Source: Candidatus Diapherotrites archaeon CG08_land_8_20_14_0_20_30_16 | GTDB taxonomy: Archaea > Iainarchaeota > Iainarchaeia > Iainarchaeales > 0-14-0-20-30-16 | Length of the DNA stretch: 23,750 nucleotides | Direction of reading: 5' to 3' | Assembly: GCA_002779075.1 (NCBI GenBank) | Contig: PEXK01000039.1 | Span: 1-23,750 of the forward strand | In this document: in pieces, positions 15,563 through 23,750 of the stretch | Layout: every line of letters starts with the position of its first letter | How positions within the stretch are numbered: position 1 is the stretch's first letter | Notes under the pieces: model-generated | The model's database searches: none | What the model saw: the letters and a program-made list of their open reading frames with translations, nothing else | What the model was told of the DNA's origin: nothing | Translations under genes and position numbers: made by a program

Positions 15563-15697
15563 CACTCTAAACATATTAATCCATATCAATCTCAATCTTA
15601 TATGCTACTAAGATGTGGGATATATTACTAGGTTATGGGATTACTTTTTTAGGAAAAAGTATATATTATAGAGTATTTCCCTTTAAAAACATAACTC

Positions 15698-15994
15698 TTA
15701 TTTAAATTCAAGAAGAATCTTAGATTTTCCTTCGCTTATTATTGATGCTACGCTCACAGGATGTGCCAAACCAATAACTTTTCCAAATTCCAAGGGGGTA
15801 TGATTTACCAAAACAAATTGAAGTTTGGCAATCTTGCATAAATGTTTTAATCTTAATCTATCAGCTTCATGAATTGAAGAAGACAATACCAGACCTTTGG
15901 ATTCGCCAAAAAGAACACTTCTTTCACTGTCTTTTGTGCCTACCAAAACTTTTCCTGTTTTATAACATCTTTTTATTTCAACATCAATAGTCAT
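15698..15994 (-). CDS. rpl30e: 50S ribosomal protein L30e (eL30)
   Basis: From the ATG at 15994 (MTIDVEIKRCYKTGKVLVGTKDSERSVLFGESKGLVLSS...FGKVIGLAHPVSVASI) the protein is 98 aa with an L30e/L7Ae-fold pattern. The tracked GTG at 16012 adds 6 residues. It occupies the conserved position after rpoA''. Confidence 0.8.
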   Translation of the reverse strand: MTIDVEIKRCYKTGKVLVGTKDSERSVLFGESKGLVLSSSIHEADRLRLKHLCKIAKLQFVLVNHTPLEFGKVIGLAHPVSVASIISEGKSKILLEFK

Positions 15995-16037
15995 AAATAC
16001 CCCTCTTAACACAATAATTTTATTTGTTAATGTTTAT

Positions 16038-17174
16038 TTATTTTTTCTCTTTATTATCTTCCTTAGGTATTTTATCAAAATCAATTTCTAAATCCACTTT
16101 TCCAACACCTATATTAATTGGCAATCCAGCCATTACATTTTCAACAACGCCTTCAAATTCTTCTTCTTCGCCATACAAAGCAGAATTAAATAAAACTTTT
16201 TCTGTTTGTTCAAATGCTGCACGGGCAAACGGGCTCTTTTTTGTACTTACAATACCTGTACGAACAACCCCTAATACTTCGCCATCATAGCACATAGCAT
16301 CAACAAGCAATAATAAATGTCTTAAATCAACGCCAATTACTGACTTTTTATAAACCTCTGCAATTTCTCTTACTAACAATTCTCTTGCAGCTTCAATACC
16401 AAACACTTTGTATATTTCAGAAATATCATTTGTGTAAGTTCTATAAACATCAACAAATTCCAGATTACTGATATCTTTCAAATTAGAGCCTTGTGTTTTT
16501 ATTACTGACTCGCCAAATTCATCAGATACTATTGCATCGCTTATTCCTAAAATACCAACAATTCCCAAATCCAGCAACTTTTGGAAATATTTTCTTACAG
16601 TAAGCAATGTTTGATCTTTGAACAAAACTTCAAATCCATCTTTTGTTTCCTGAAGCACACTAAGTTTTAAAACTCCTTTTAATATTTTGTACAAGTCCTC
16701 TTTTTTCATATCATATTCGTGCAAAACTTTTGGATCATAAGAAACAAGAATCTTGTGTTCTTTCAAATCCTCTTTTATTTCAATCAAATCAGATAATTTT
16801 TTATATATTATTTGTTTTAAATAATTTTTCATTGAATTTTTATCTGTTTTAAGTCCTTCACGAATAAAAACAGTCATAACAGGATACTTTGTTTTGTTTC
16901 TAGCATCAACTAATTCTTCTAAACGCTTAACACCAGAACCTACAGAAACTTCAATTGCACCAGCATAGTGCTTTGTTCTCAATGTCATCTGAGTTGCAGG
17001 TTCACACATACTATGAGGTGTCAAAATACCAACAGGTTCATAAATAGGCACCAATCGATCTTCATAATATTCTTTACAATCTTGCAAAAATTTATCCTTT
17101 TTTTTGCCTGTTAAACCTTGTTTATCTGCAAAACCCACAATCCTTTTTATCATATATTCTGGCAGTTCTAACAT
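16038..17174 (-). CDS. rpoA2: DNA-directed RNA polymerase subunit A''
   Basis: 378 aa with an ATG start. The sequence VGILTPHSMCEPATQMTLRTKHYAGA...HLLLLVDAMCYDGEVLGVVRTGI...SPFARAAFEQT is the C-terminal third of the largest subunit (trigger loop region). Confidence 0.93.
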   Translation of the reverse strand: MLELPEYMIKRIVGFADKQGLTGKKKDKFLQDCKEYYEDRLVPIYEPVGILTPHSMCEPATQMTLRTKHYAGAIEVSVGSGVKRLEELVDARNKTKYPVMTVFIREGLKTDKNSMKNYLKQIIYKKLSDLIEIKEDLKEHKILVSYDPKVLHEYDMKKEDLYKILKGVLKLSVLQETKDGFEVLFKDQTLLTVRKYFQKLLDLGIVGILGISDAIVSDEFGESVIKTQGSNLKDISNLEFVDVYRTYTNDISEIYKVFGIEAARELLVREIAEVYKKSVIGVDLRHLLLLVDAMCYDGEVLGVVRTGIVSTKKSPFARAAFEQTEKVLFNSALYGEEEEFEGVVENVMAGLPINIGVGKVDLEIDFDKIPKEDNKEKK

Positions 17175-17249
17175 AAAACATCACATCACAGTTTCATGAG
17201 CTGTTGTATAATTTCTATCTTTGTAGAATAAATTTTACAACTGGACATA

Positions 17250-19877
17250 CTAATTCACTTTTCCCAAAATCTGTTTTAATCTGTTTTCTGTAAACAATTC
17301 ATGTTTGTAAGTTTTTTGAGTATATACACCATCATCACCATAAAGATACTGTATTATTTTATTGTCTGCAGTTCTAACACTTCTATCTGGTGCTACGCTT
17401 ATATCTCTCAATGCATTAGATACTCTTCTATACAAATATCCTGAAACTTTAGTAGCAACAGATGTATCAACTTCACCTTCTCTACCACCCATTGCATGGA
17501 AAAATGCTTCTCTTGCTGATAAGCCCTTGTAAAAATTCTTTACAACAAATCCTTTTGCCAAAGCACCTTCGTCTCCTCTTTTATACATTGACATGGTTCT
17601 TGCAGTATATCCTCTTGTTGGCCTTTTTTCTCTTACAGCAACTTGCCCCCAAAGTCCAGATACGTTTGTTAGATTTACTGCTGATCCTTTTGCTCCACTT
17701 AATGCTAAAACCAATGCCCCATATTTTGAATGGGGTCCAAACAAATCACCAATTTTTTGATTTAAAATAAATTTTTCTATATTATCTTTACACACGCCTG
17801 CACTTTTGACCATATAAAATTCAAAAGAATCCTTTATACTTTTTCCTGGCACTTTATCTAATTTTCCTTCTTTGTATTTTTTTTCGTAGTTTCTTGTTTC
17901 TTTAAAAAATTGTTCTAACTGATCCTCTTTAAAAGAATCAAAAGTCTTTGGCAAATCATAATCTTTTAATCCCAGACTTAAACCAAATCTTGTTGCCACA
18001 TCTAAAGATATTCTACCCAATTTATTAAGAAATTCTAATGCTGCTTCTGGTCCGCACACATCATATATTTCTTGCACTATTTTTGCGCTGGATTTTCCAA
18101 CACCACTATTACCAAAGCAGCCAGATTTCAAAATTCCATTTTCGATATTCACAATAGAATCCTTTTTTATTATTTTTTGTGCTGGATTTTCAGGATCTAT
18201 TTTTTTCATTATATTTGATAATTCTGAAGATTCAAACACCATATTGATTTCTTTTGGAAGCATTGCACTAAAAATTGATTTTCCAGAATATTCGGCCCCA
18301 CAATCTGGACTTGGGGGCTCCTCAATACCAAGCATTTGGAAATAATACATTGCCAAATCTCTCGGGATTTTCATATCAAAAAAGGTTAACATAAATGTGC
18401 CAGCAATTGCATCTTCCATCAAAACAATATGTGGTGTTCCTTGTCTTGGTGAAATAATTTGTTCTTTAAGAGAAATTAATTGTTTTGTTTCCATTATTCC
18501 TTCAGGTGTCTGGGGCACATGCAGATTCATTTCATCACCATCAAAGTCTGCGTTGTAAGGCTGTGTTGCACTACCATTTATTCTAAAAGTATTTCCTTTT
18601 GTGACCTTGACTTTGTGAGCCATAATTGATGCTCTATGCAATGTTGGTTGTCTATTAAAAAGTACTAAATCTCCATTTTGCAAACATCTTTCAACAATAT
18701 ATTTTGGGGCTAGTTCTTCTACCATTTGTTCTTTTAATTCATCAGAAACCTTTTTTCTCGCACCATCTGGTCTAATAACATATTTAATAACTGATTTATT
18801 TTTCAACAGGTCTTTGTAAAAATCTAAATTATATTTTGTTATTTTATCTTTTAGTGTTAAAGTTTCTGCAATTTCTTTTGGCACTCCAATTTCATCAACA
18901 TCAATGTACATATCAGGAGAAATTGTTGTTCTTGCTGCATAATTAACTCTTTTTCCCATTAAATTATTTCTTATTAATCCCCCTTTTCCTTTTATTCTTT
19001 GGATTATTGTTTTTAATAGTCTGCCGGATCTATGTTTTGCTGGAGGCACACCAGGAGAATTATTATTAATATAAGTAGTAATATTGTATTGCAAAAGCAT
19101 CCATAAGTCTTCAATTATTAATTGTGGGGTGCCTGCATTTATGTTATCTCTTAATCTATTATTTACTGTTACAATATCTGATAATTTATATGTTAAATCA
19201 TCTTCTGATTTCAGGCCATTATCTAAAGTTATTGGTGGATGTACATTTACAGGAGGAATTGGCAATACAGTTAAAATAAACCATTCTGGTCTTACATTTT
19301 TCAATCCAATTTTTTCCAAATCAGAACTAGGTATCTTTACAAACCATTCTCTTATTTGATTTGGAAACAGTCTTACTAATTTTACCAGATCGCCTTCTTT
19401 TTCAAGGGTATAAAAATTAGTTGGAGGATCTAATTTAGTGTTTAATTTTTGTGTTTCACAATGTGGACAAGTTGTTTTACTTTTAACTTTTATCAACATT
19501 ATTCTATGCAATTCTTCTGCATCTAAATTTTTTGCAGTCATACCCTTTATTTCATCATCTGAAAATAATAATCTGCCACAGGATCTACAAGTAGTATTAA
19601 CTAAAAAATCAACTTTCTTAAAAAAACCAACATGAATAACAGGCCTGACCAATTCCAATCTTCCAAAATGGCCAATACATTTTTCAACAGTTTGGCCACA
19701 CGTTTTACATCTTCTGCCTCTTTCGGCTAGTCCCAAATGCGGATCCATTAACCCCCCTTCAATAGGAAAACCATCTTTATCGTATAAATCAGCAGTTTTT
19801 ATTTCAATTACAGACATTTTTCTTATCTGCTCAGGCGAATATACGCCTAATTTAATACTTCCTATTCTTTTTAACAT
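17250..19877 (-). CDS. rpoA1: DNA-directed RNA polymerase subunit A'
   Basis: 875 aa with an ATG start. Zn motifs CKTCGQTVEKCIGHFG and CRSCG...CPHC are present, along with the catalytic NADFDGDEMNLHVPQ and RQPTLHRASIMAH. Confidence 0.95.
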   Translation of the reverse strand: MLKRIGSIKLGVYSPEQIRKMSVIEIKTADLYDKDGFPIEGGLMDPHLGLAERGRRCKTCGQTVEKCIGHFGRLELVRPVIHVGFFKKVDFLVNTTCRSCGRLLFSDDEIKGMTAKNLDAEELHRIMLIKVKSKTTCPHCETQKLNTKLDPPTNFYTLEKEGDLVKLVRLFPNQIREWFVKIPSSDLEKIGLKNVRPEWFILTVLPIPPVNVHPPITLDNGLKSEDDLTYKLSDIVTVNNRLRDNINAGTPQLIIEDLWMLLQYNITTYINNNSPGVPPAKHRSGRLLKTIIQRIKGKGGLIRNNLMGKRVNYAARTTISPDMYIDVDEIGVPKEIAETLTLKDKITKYNLDFYKDLLKNKSVIKYVIRPDGARKKVSDELKEQMVEELAPKYIVERCLQNGDLVLFNRQPTLHRASIMAHKVKVTKGNTFRINGSATQPYNADFDGDEMNLHVPQTPEGIMETKQLISLKEQIISPRQGTPHIVLMEDAIAGTFMLTFFDMKIPRDLAMYYFQMLGIEEPPSPDCGAEYSGKSIFSAMLPKEINMVFESSELSNIMKKIDPENPAQKIIKKDSIVNIENGILKSGCFGNSGVGKSSAKIVQEIYDVCGPEAALEFLNKLGRISLDVATRFGLSLGLKDYDLPKTFDSFKEDQLEQFFKETRNYEKKYKEGKLDKVPGKSIKDSFEFYMVKSAGVCKDNIEKFILNQKIGDLFGPHSKYGALVLALSGAKGSAVNLTNVSGLWGQVAVREKRPTRGYTARTMSMYKRGDEGALAKGFVVKNFYKGLSAREAFFHAMGGREGEVDTSVATKVSGYLYRRVSNALRDISVAPDRSVRTADNKIIQYLYGDDGVYTQKTYKHELFTENRLKQILGKVN

Positions 19878-19881
19878 ATTC

Positions 19882-21693
19882 TCACGCTAGGTCCTTTATT
19901 TTTATTTTGGGATAAATTGCAATTGATTTTAATTCATCTAAAAACAACTTGAATGAATACGGCATAGACACTTCCAAAACATTAAAACCATTGCAACAAG
20001 GGCAATACAATTTTCCTTGCAACTTGTCATCAACAGCAACAATTCCACAATCATTACAAACTGGCAAGCAAACTTTATCTGAATCTTCAACAAGTTTTTC
20101 ATTCAAAAGCATTGCTGCACCATAACCTACCAAACAATCACTTTCCATTTCACCAAACTTTAGTCCGCCTTCTTTTTCTTTACCTTCAGTTGGTTGTCTT
20201 GTTAATAATTGAACAGGTCCTCTTGAACGTGCCTGTAATTTATTTTTTACTAAATGATACAATCTTCTATAAGCAATAACACCAACATAAATTTCCCCTT
20301 TTATAAGCATTCCTGTTGTTCCATCATAAAAAGTTTCATAGCCATCAGGTCTAAATCCTTGTTCAATCAAACTTTTTTTAATACTATCCAAAGGCTCACT
20401 TGAAAATGGTGTACCATCAACCTCTTTACCTCTCAAACAAGCAACTTTTCCACTCATAATCTCTAATAAATCACCAATTGTCATTCTTGAAGAAATAGAT
20501 GTTGGGTTCAAAAGCAAATCAGGGATTATTCCTCTTGTGCTTACTGGCATGTCTGTTTCTTCAGCCAAAAGTCCAACAACACCTTTTTGCCCATGTTTAG
20601 ATGAAAATTTGTCGCCATTCTCTGGCTGCCTTTCTGTTCTTACCTTCACCTTTAACAACTTTTCGCTGCCACTACTTGAAATATACACTCTATCAATATA
20701 TCCTTCTGTATTTCTCTTAATAAAAAATGATTTGTCTTCATATTTTTCTTCAACTAAACCCAAAGTAGGCAAACTATCCATAAATCTAGGAGGCGCAATT
20801 TTTGATATCAAAACAGTATCTCTATCAACATAGCTTTCTGCTTCTGGCAAAGAATCTTCACCAATAACTTTATATGCTTCCAAGCCTAAAAATCCTTTGA
20901 CTGTTTCATTGGGTATTGAAAAAATTTCTTTCTGACCATCTGGATAAGTCACTTCTCTTTCAGTATATGTTCTGTAATAACTTGCTCTTCCTAAACCCCT
21001 TTGAACACAACCTTTATTCAAAACAATAGCATCTTGAGTATTGAAACCAAAATAAGGAATTATTGCAACAACAAAATTTTGAATTATTGGCCTTTCATCA
21101 ACATTAATAATATCAGAAATTTTTGTTTTTACTAATTGCTTTTGCGGATAATACAAATTATAATATTCTGTATCTGTTCTCAAATAATGATTTGGCCCAA
21201 TAAAACCTATGCCTTGTTTGTACATCTTTGCACCATGCAAAGCTTTTGTTGCCATATCGTGTTCAACAAAAGGCGTCAAAGAAGTTACCAAGCTGTATAT
21301 TGCCCCGGGTTCCAATTCCAAATGTGTATGTTCTTTAGTTACATGTTCCAAATCAATTGCGATATAAAGATTGTCTTCTTCATCAGCATCAATATATTCA
21401 ACTAAACCCTTTTTTAACAAATCATCAAACTTCAATTTATAATTTTGAATTTGATTAATATGTTCTTGATTTAAAAGTACTTTTCCATCTTTCATAGTTA
21501 AGACTGGTCTTTGCAATCTGCCAGCGCCAGTATTAATGTAAACTTCATTTGTATCTTCTTTGAAACCAATGTTTATTAAAGTGTCCAATTGTCCATGTCT
21601 TCTTAGATCTTTTATTCCATTGATTAATTCCAAAGGGCTATCATGAAATCCAACTAATCTTCCATCTAAATATACTTTTGTCTTCTTAACCAT
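19882..21693 (-). CDS. rpoB1: DNA-directed RNA polymerase subunit B' (C-terminal half of split B)
   Basis: 603 aa with an ATG start. Motifs: GDKFSSKHGQKGVVG, PDLLLNPTSISSRMTIG, GGLKFGEMESDCL, and the C-terminal Zn ribbon CNDCG...CPCC. Confidence 0.95.
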   Translation of the reverse strand: MVKKTKVYLDGRLVGFHDSPLELINGIKDLRRHGQLDTLINIGFKEDTNEVYINTGAGRLQRPVLTMKDGKVLLNQEHINQIQNYKLKFDDLLKKGLVEYIDADEEDNLYIAIDLEHVTKEHTHLELEPGAIYSLVTSLTPFVEHDMATKALHGAKMYKQGIGFIGPNHYLRTDTEYYNLYYPQKQLVKTKISDIINVDERPIIQNFVVAIIPYFGFNTQDAIVLNKGCVQRGLGRASYYRTYTEREVTYPDGQKEIFSIPNETVKGFLGLEAYKVIGEDSLPEAESYVDRDTVLISKIAPPRFMDSLPTLGLVEEKYEDKSFFIKRNTEGYIDRVYISSSGSEKLLKVKVRTERQPENGDKFSSKHGQKGVVGLLAEETDMPVSTRGIIPDLLLNPTSISSRMTIGDLLEIMSGKVACLRGKEVDGTPFSSEPLDSIKKSLIEQGFRPDGYETFYDGTTGMLIKGEIYVGVIAYRRLYHLVKNKLQARSRGPVQLLTRQPTEGKEKEGGLKFGEMESDCLVGYGAAMLLNEKLVEDSDKVCLPVCNDCGIVAVDDKLQGKLYCPCCNGFNVLEVSMPYSFKLFLDELKSIAIYPKIKIKDLA

Positions 21694-21701
21694 ACAATCA
21701 C

Positions 21702-23165
21702 TTATTTTTCGGAGACGTTTAATTTTCTTAAAAGAGAGTCTAAATCACTACCTTCATAATCTGTTGTAACTCTAGACATTACAGCTAAATTTTTAATCAA
21801 TCCACAATTTGGACCATCTGGTGTTTCAATAGGGCACACTCTTCCCCAAGCAGTACCATGAACACTTCTTGCTTCATAATTCTCTCTACTGCTATCTAAA
21901 GTAGATTTTACTTTTCTAGCTTCAATTATTGGATTCAACCAATTGTAACGCGTAAAAAAAGAACTTACGCCAGTTAGTTTTCCAGCCCAGATACCTGTAG
22001 CCATGCCAAACATAATTCTATCTGTAACAACATCTGGTCTGATAATTGTGTTTATTTTTAATCTTCTTCTTCTTACTATATTTCTATCAATCTGAAATTT
22101 AATATCATTTATAAAATAATTAATTGCCTGCATAAATTGTCTTTCCAAAAGTTTACCGCTAAGCTCTATTCTTTTATTATTGTAACTATCCTTATCATCT
22201 TCATCTCTCAAATTGTAAGCTAATTCTATTGCTCTCTGTGCCATTCCAATCAAATAATATGCTTTCAAAATTCTTTTATCTTCTGTCTGGCCAATATGTG
22301 GCAACAAAAAATTATCTAGTATTTCATATGTCCTCTTTAATCTATATGCTAAAATCTGACCAGGAGCAACATATTTTCCAATTTGATCCAAGGCCTCTTC
22401 TTCACTTTCAATATTTAATCTGCTAAAATTCAATAGAACATCGTTTTGAATCTCAGAAATATTTTCAAATGTATTTGTAAAATCTTCTTTTGTTTTAAAG
22501 CACAAAGCTCTTAATAAAACAAAGAATTTCAATTTTTTAGGACTCGAAGGAAAACTTATTTCCAATATTCCATTTGGATTTCTTACAAGCCTTACTTTAC
22601 CTTTAAATGCTCCTCTTGTAGATAAAACCTCAGAGACACATTTGGAGCCATCTCTTGAAACCATTATTTTATCTGAAGCTAAGACCTCTTGATTAACTAA
22701 AACTTTTTCTACTCCGTTTATTACAAAATAGCTTCCCAAATCTTTTGGATCTTCTCCTGCGATTATTAATTCATCATCATTTAAACCACACAAATTACAC
22801 AATTTAGATTTAACCATAACAGGCAATTCTCCAATTGCTGTTCTTTTAGTATCCTGAAGAACGCCTTTTCTATAAAGTTCTATATCTGCAAAAATAGGCG
22901 CACTATATGTTTTATCTCTCAAACGAGCCTCCATAGGAAAAAAATCAGTTCTACGAGAACCATCTTCTTCAACCAACTGTGGTCTTAAAATTTGGACATT
23001 GTTTAATCTAACTTCAACATCCTCAACTCTAGACAATATAGATGAATTCTCTTGAATAATTTGAGGCACTTTGACAAAAATAAATTGATTATAGGATTCA
23101 ATATTCTGTTGAATAATAGTATTATCTTTATAATACGATTTTATTAATTCCCAACCAAAACACAC
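21702..23165 (-). CDS. rpoB2: DNA-directed RNA polymerase subunit B'' (N-terminal half of split B)
   Basis: 487 aa. The GTG start is preceded by a GGTGAT Shine-Dalgarno-like string and lies 13 nt after the rpoH stop. Motifs: QQNIESYNQFI, IGELPVMVKS, GSYFVINGVEKVLV, PIETPDGPNCGLIKNLA. Confidence 0.93.
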   Translation of the reverse strand: MCFGWELIKSYYKDNTIIQQNIESYNQFIFVKVPQIIQENSSILSRVEDVEVRLNNVQILRPQLVEEDGSRRTDFFPMEARLRDKTYSAPIFADIELYRKGVLQDTKRTAIGELPVMVKSKLCNLCGLNDDELIIAGEDPKDLGSYFVINGVEKVLVNQEVLASDKIMVSRDGSKCVSEVLSTRGAFKGKVRLVRNPNGILEISFPSSPKKLKFFVLLRALCFKTKEDFTNTFENISEIQNDVLLNFSRLNIESEEEALDQIGKYVAPGQILAYRLKRTYEILDNFLLPHIGQTEDKRILKAYYLIGMAQRAIELAYNLRDEDDKDSYNNKRIELSGKLLERQFMQAINYFINDIKFQIDRNIVRRRRLKINTIIRPDVVTDRIMFGMATGIWAGKLTGVSSFFTRYNWLNPIIEARKVKSTLDSSRENYEARSVHGTAWGRVCPIETPDGPNCGLIKNLAVMSRVTTDYEGSDLDSLLRKLNVSEK

Positions 23166-23178
23166 AATATCACCAAGT

Positions 23179-23412
23179 TCAAACCACTAATCTGTAATAA
23201 TTTATAAGATCGCCAAATACAGATCTTCGTTCTATCTTCACAATGTCACCTGGTTTTACAGGTATTTGTGCTATGCTTGAATCAGTACTTTTTATTTTGG
23301 GCAATTCGCTTTTTGTTACATTATATTTTTTTAAAAGAGTTACTTCATCATCTTTAGACAAAATTAAGTGTTTAGGTACTAAGAAATGACGAGTAATATC
23401 AAAATTGGCCAA
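23179..23412 (-). CDS. rpoH: DNA-directed RNA polymerase subunit H (Rpb5-like)
   Basis: 77 aa. The sequence HFLVPKHLILSKDDEVTLLKKYNVTKSELPKIKSTDSSIAQIPVKPGDIVKIERRS...YYRLVV matches the archaeal RpoH pattern (H.LVPKH.iL...E...ll.ky.i....LP.I...DP.......GDVvkI.R.S...g....YR.Vv). It uses a TTG start. Confidence 0.85.
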   Translation of the reverse strand: MANFDITRHFLVPKHLILSKDDEVTLLKKYNVTKSELPKIKSTDSSIAQIPVKPGDIVKIERRSVFGDLINYYRLVV

Positions 23413-23458
23413 AAAGAACCCTCCACACTAATGAAATGGAAAATAGATTATATATTAA
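23413..23458 (-). promoter_or_regulatory. rpoH upstream region: Shine-Dalgarno GGAGGG plus TATA-like box
   Basis: Minus-sense GGAGGG (23424-23419) lies 6 nt upstream of the TTG start, which supports that start codon. A TTAATATATAA string (about 23447-23458) lies 35-45 nt upstream. This is the head of the whole rpo cluster and is shared with a divergent plus-strand gene. Confidence 0.4.
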
Positions 23459-23553
23459 GCAAGGGGACAAGTATTTAAAGGTTTGTTTACAAAAAGCAAA
23501 GCTATTTAAATGTGTCCTTTTATTTTTTTTTATACTCTTTTTTGTGATCTATT

Positions 23554-23750
23554 ATGAATTTCAAAAAACTATATCTCTTACTATACAAGTATCTTCGATT
23601 ACAAAACACCCGCTATGTTAGCCTTTTTGAATACTTATTAGAAGTATCTAAAGAATTTCCAAAAATCGATGGAATAAACATATTTTTGAAAACAGAAGAC
23701 GGTTTAAATAGGTTTCCTGTTTTAGGAGATATTCAAGACAAAAATTTAAT
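23554..23750 (+). CDS. Partial CDS (first 65 codons, runs off the right edge), uncharacterised
   Basis: An in-frame TGA at 23545-23547 is followed by the ATG at 23554, then a stop-free frame to the window end: MNFKKLYLLLYKYLRLQNTRYVSLFEYLLEVSKEFPKIDGINIFLKTEDGLNRFPVLGDIQDKNL. It is divergent from rpoH. Two TATTTAAA boxes lie upstream (about 23472 and 23504). A faint GAF-like feel is not enough for a family call. Confidence 0.4.
   Translation, partial: MNFKKLYLLLYKYLRLQNTRYVSLFEYLLEVSKEFPKIDGINIFLKTEDGLNRFPVLGDIQDKNL

Noticed and set aside
23436-23621. 61-aa plus-strand ORF in the rpoH upstream region
   Set aside because: Its hydrophobic low-complexity middle derives from a T-run, and it overlaps promoter-like TATTTAAA boxes. 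The out-of-frame ORF starting at 23554 stays open to the window end and reads more like a real protein.

Overview
This is an AT-rich archaeal chromosomal window (about 30% GC by eye; not computed).

Conserved core (8.5-23.4 kb): the RNA-polymerase/str cluster lies entirely on the minus strand, in the order rpoH, rpoB'' and rpoB' (split B subunit), rpoA', rpoA'', L30e, S12, S7, EF-2, EF-1alpha, S10, followed by a thioredoxin reductase. NusA, which normally sits between L30e and S12 in this cluster, is absent.

Main finding: the EF-2 gene is about 1.6 kb too long. A 532-codon intein (Hint splicing blocks plus a two-motif LAGLIDADG homing endonuclease) sits inside the GTPase P-loop, at AHIDHGK|C...VHN|TTLSD. 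Removing it leaves a normal 732-aa aEF-2.

Accessory region (1-7.4 kb), in order:
- an edge-truncated kinase-like gene
- an AttH/CrtC-like lipocalin-domain protein
- a membrane protein
- a DUF429-type protein
- a pore-less voltage-sensor-like membrane protein
- an orphan 149-aa protein translationally coupled to a C-terminal FtsX-permease remnant
- a TM + winged-helix protein
- a COG1373 (AAA + DUF4143) ATPase
- tRNA-Glu(CUC)
- an RHH/RelE-type toxin-antitoxin pair
- a 470-nt non-coding gap

Non-genic signals:
- Three same-orientation copies of a two-hairpin intergenic module of about 80-95 nt, with compensatory stem changes.
- An inverted copy of the tRNA-Glu 3' end facing the intact tRNA.
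- An unusually long, hairpin-dense EF-1alpha/S10 spacer.

I found no rRNA, CRISPR array, transposase or integrase.

Lineage: the split rpoB, the EF-2/EF-1alpha/S10 linkage, the AT-richness and the missing NusA suggest a euryarchaeal-type, possibly DPANN-like, lineage. This is inference only. All family calls rest on motif recognition by eye, not on database searches.
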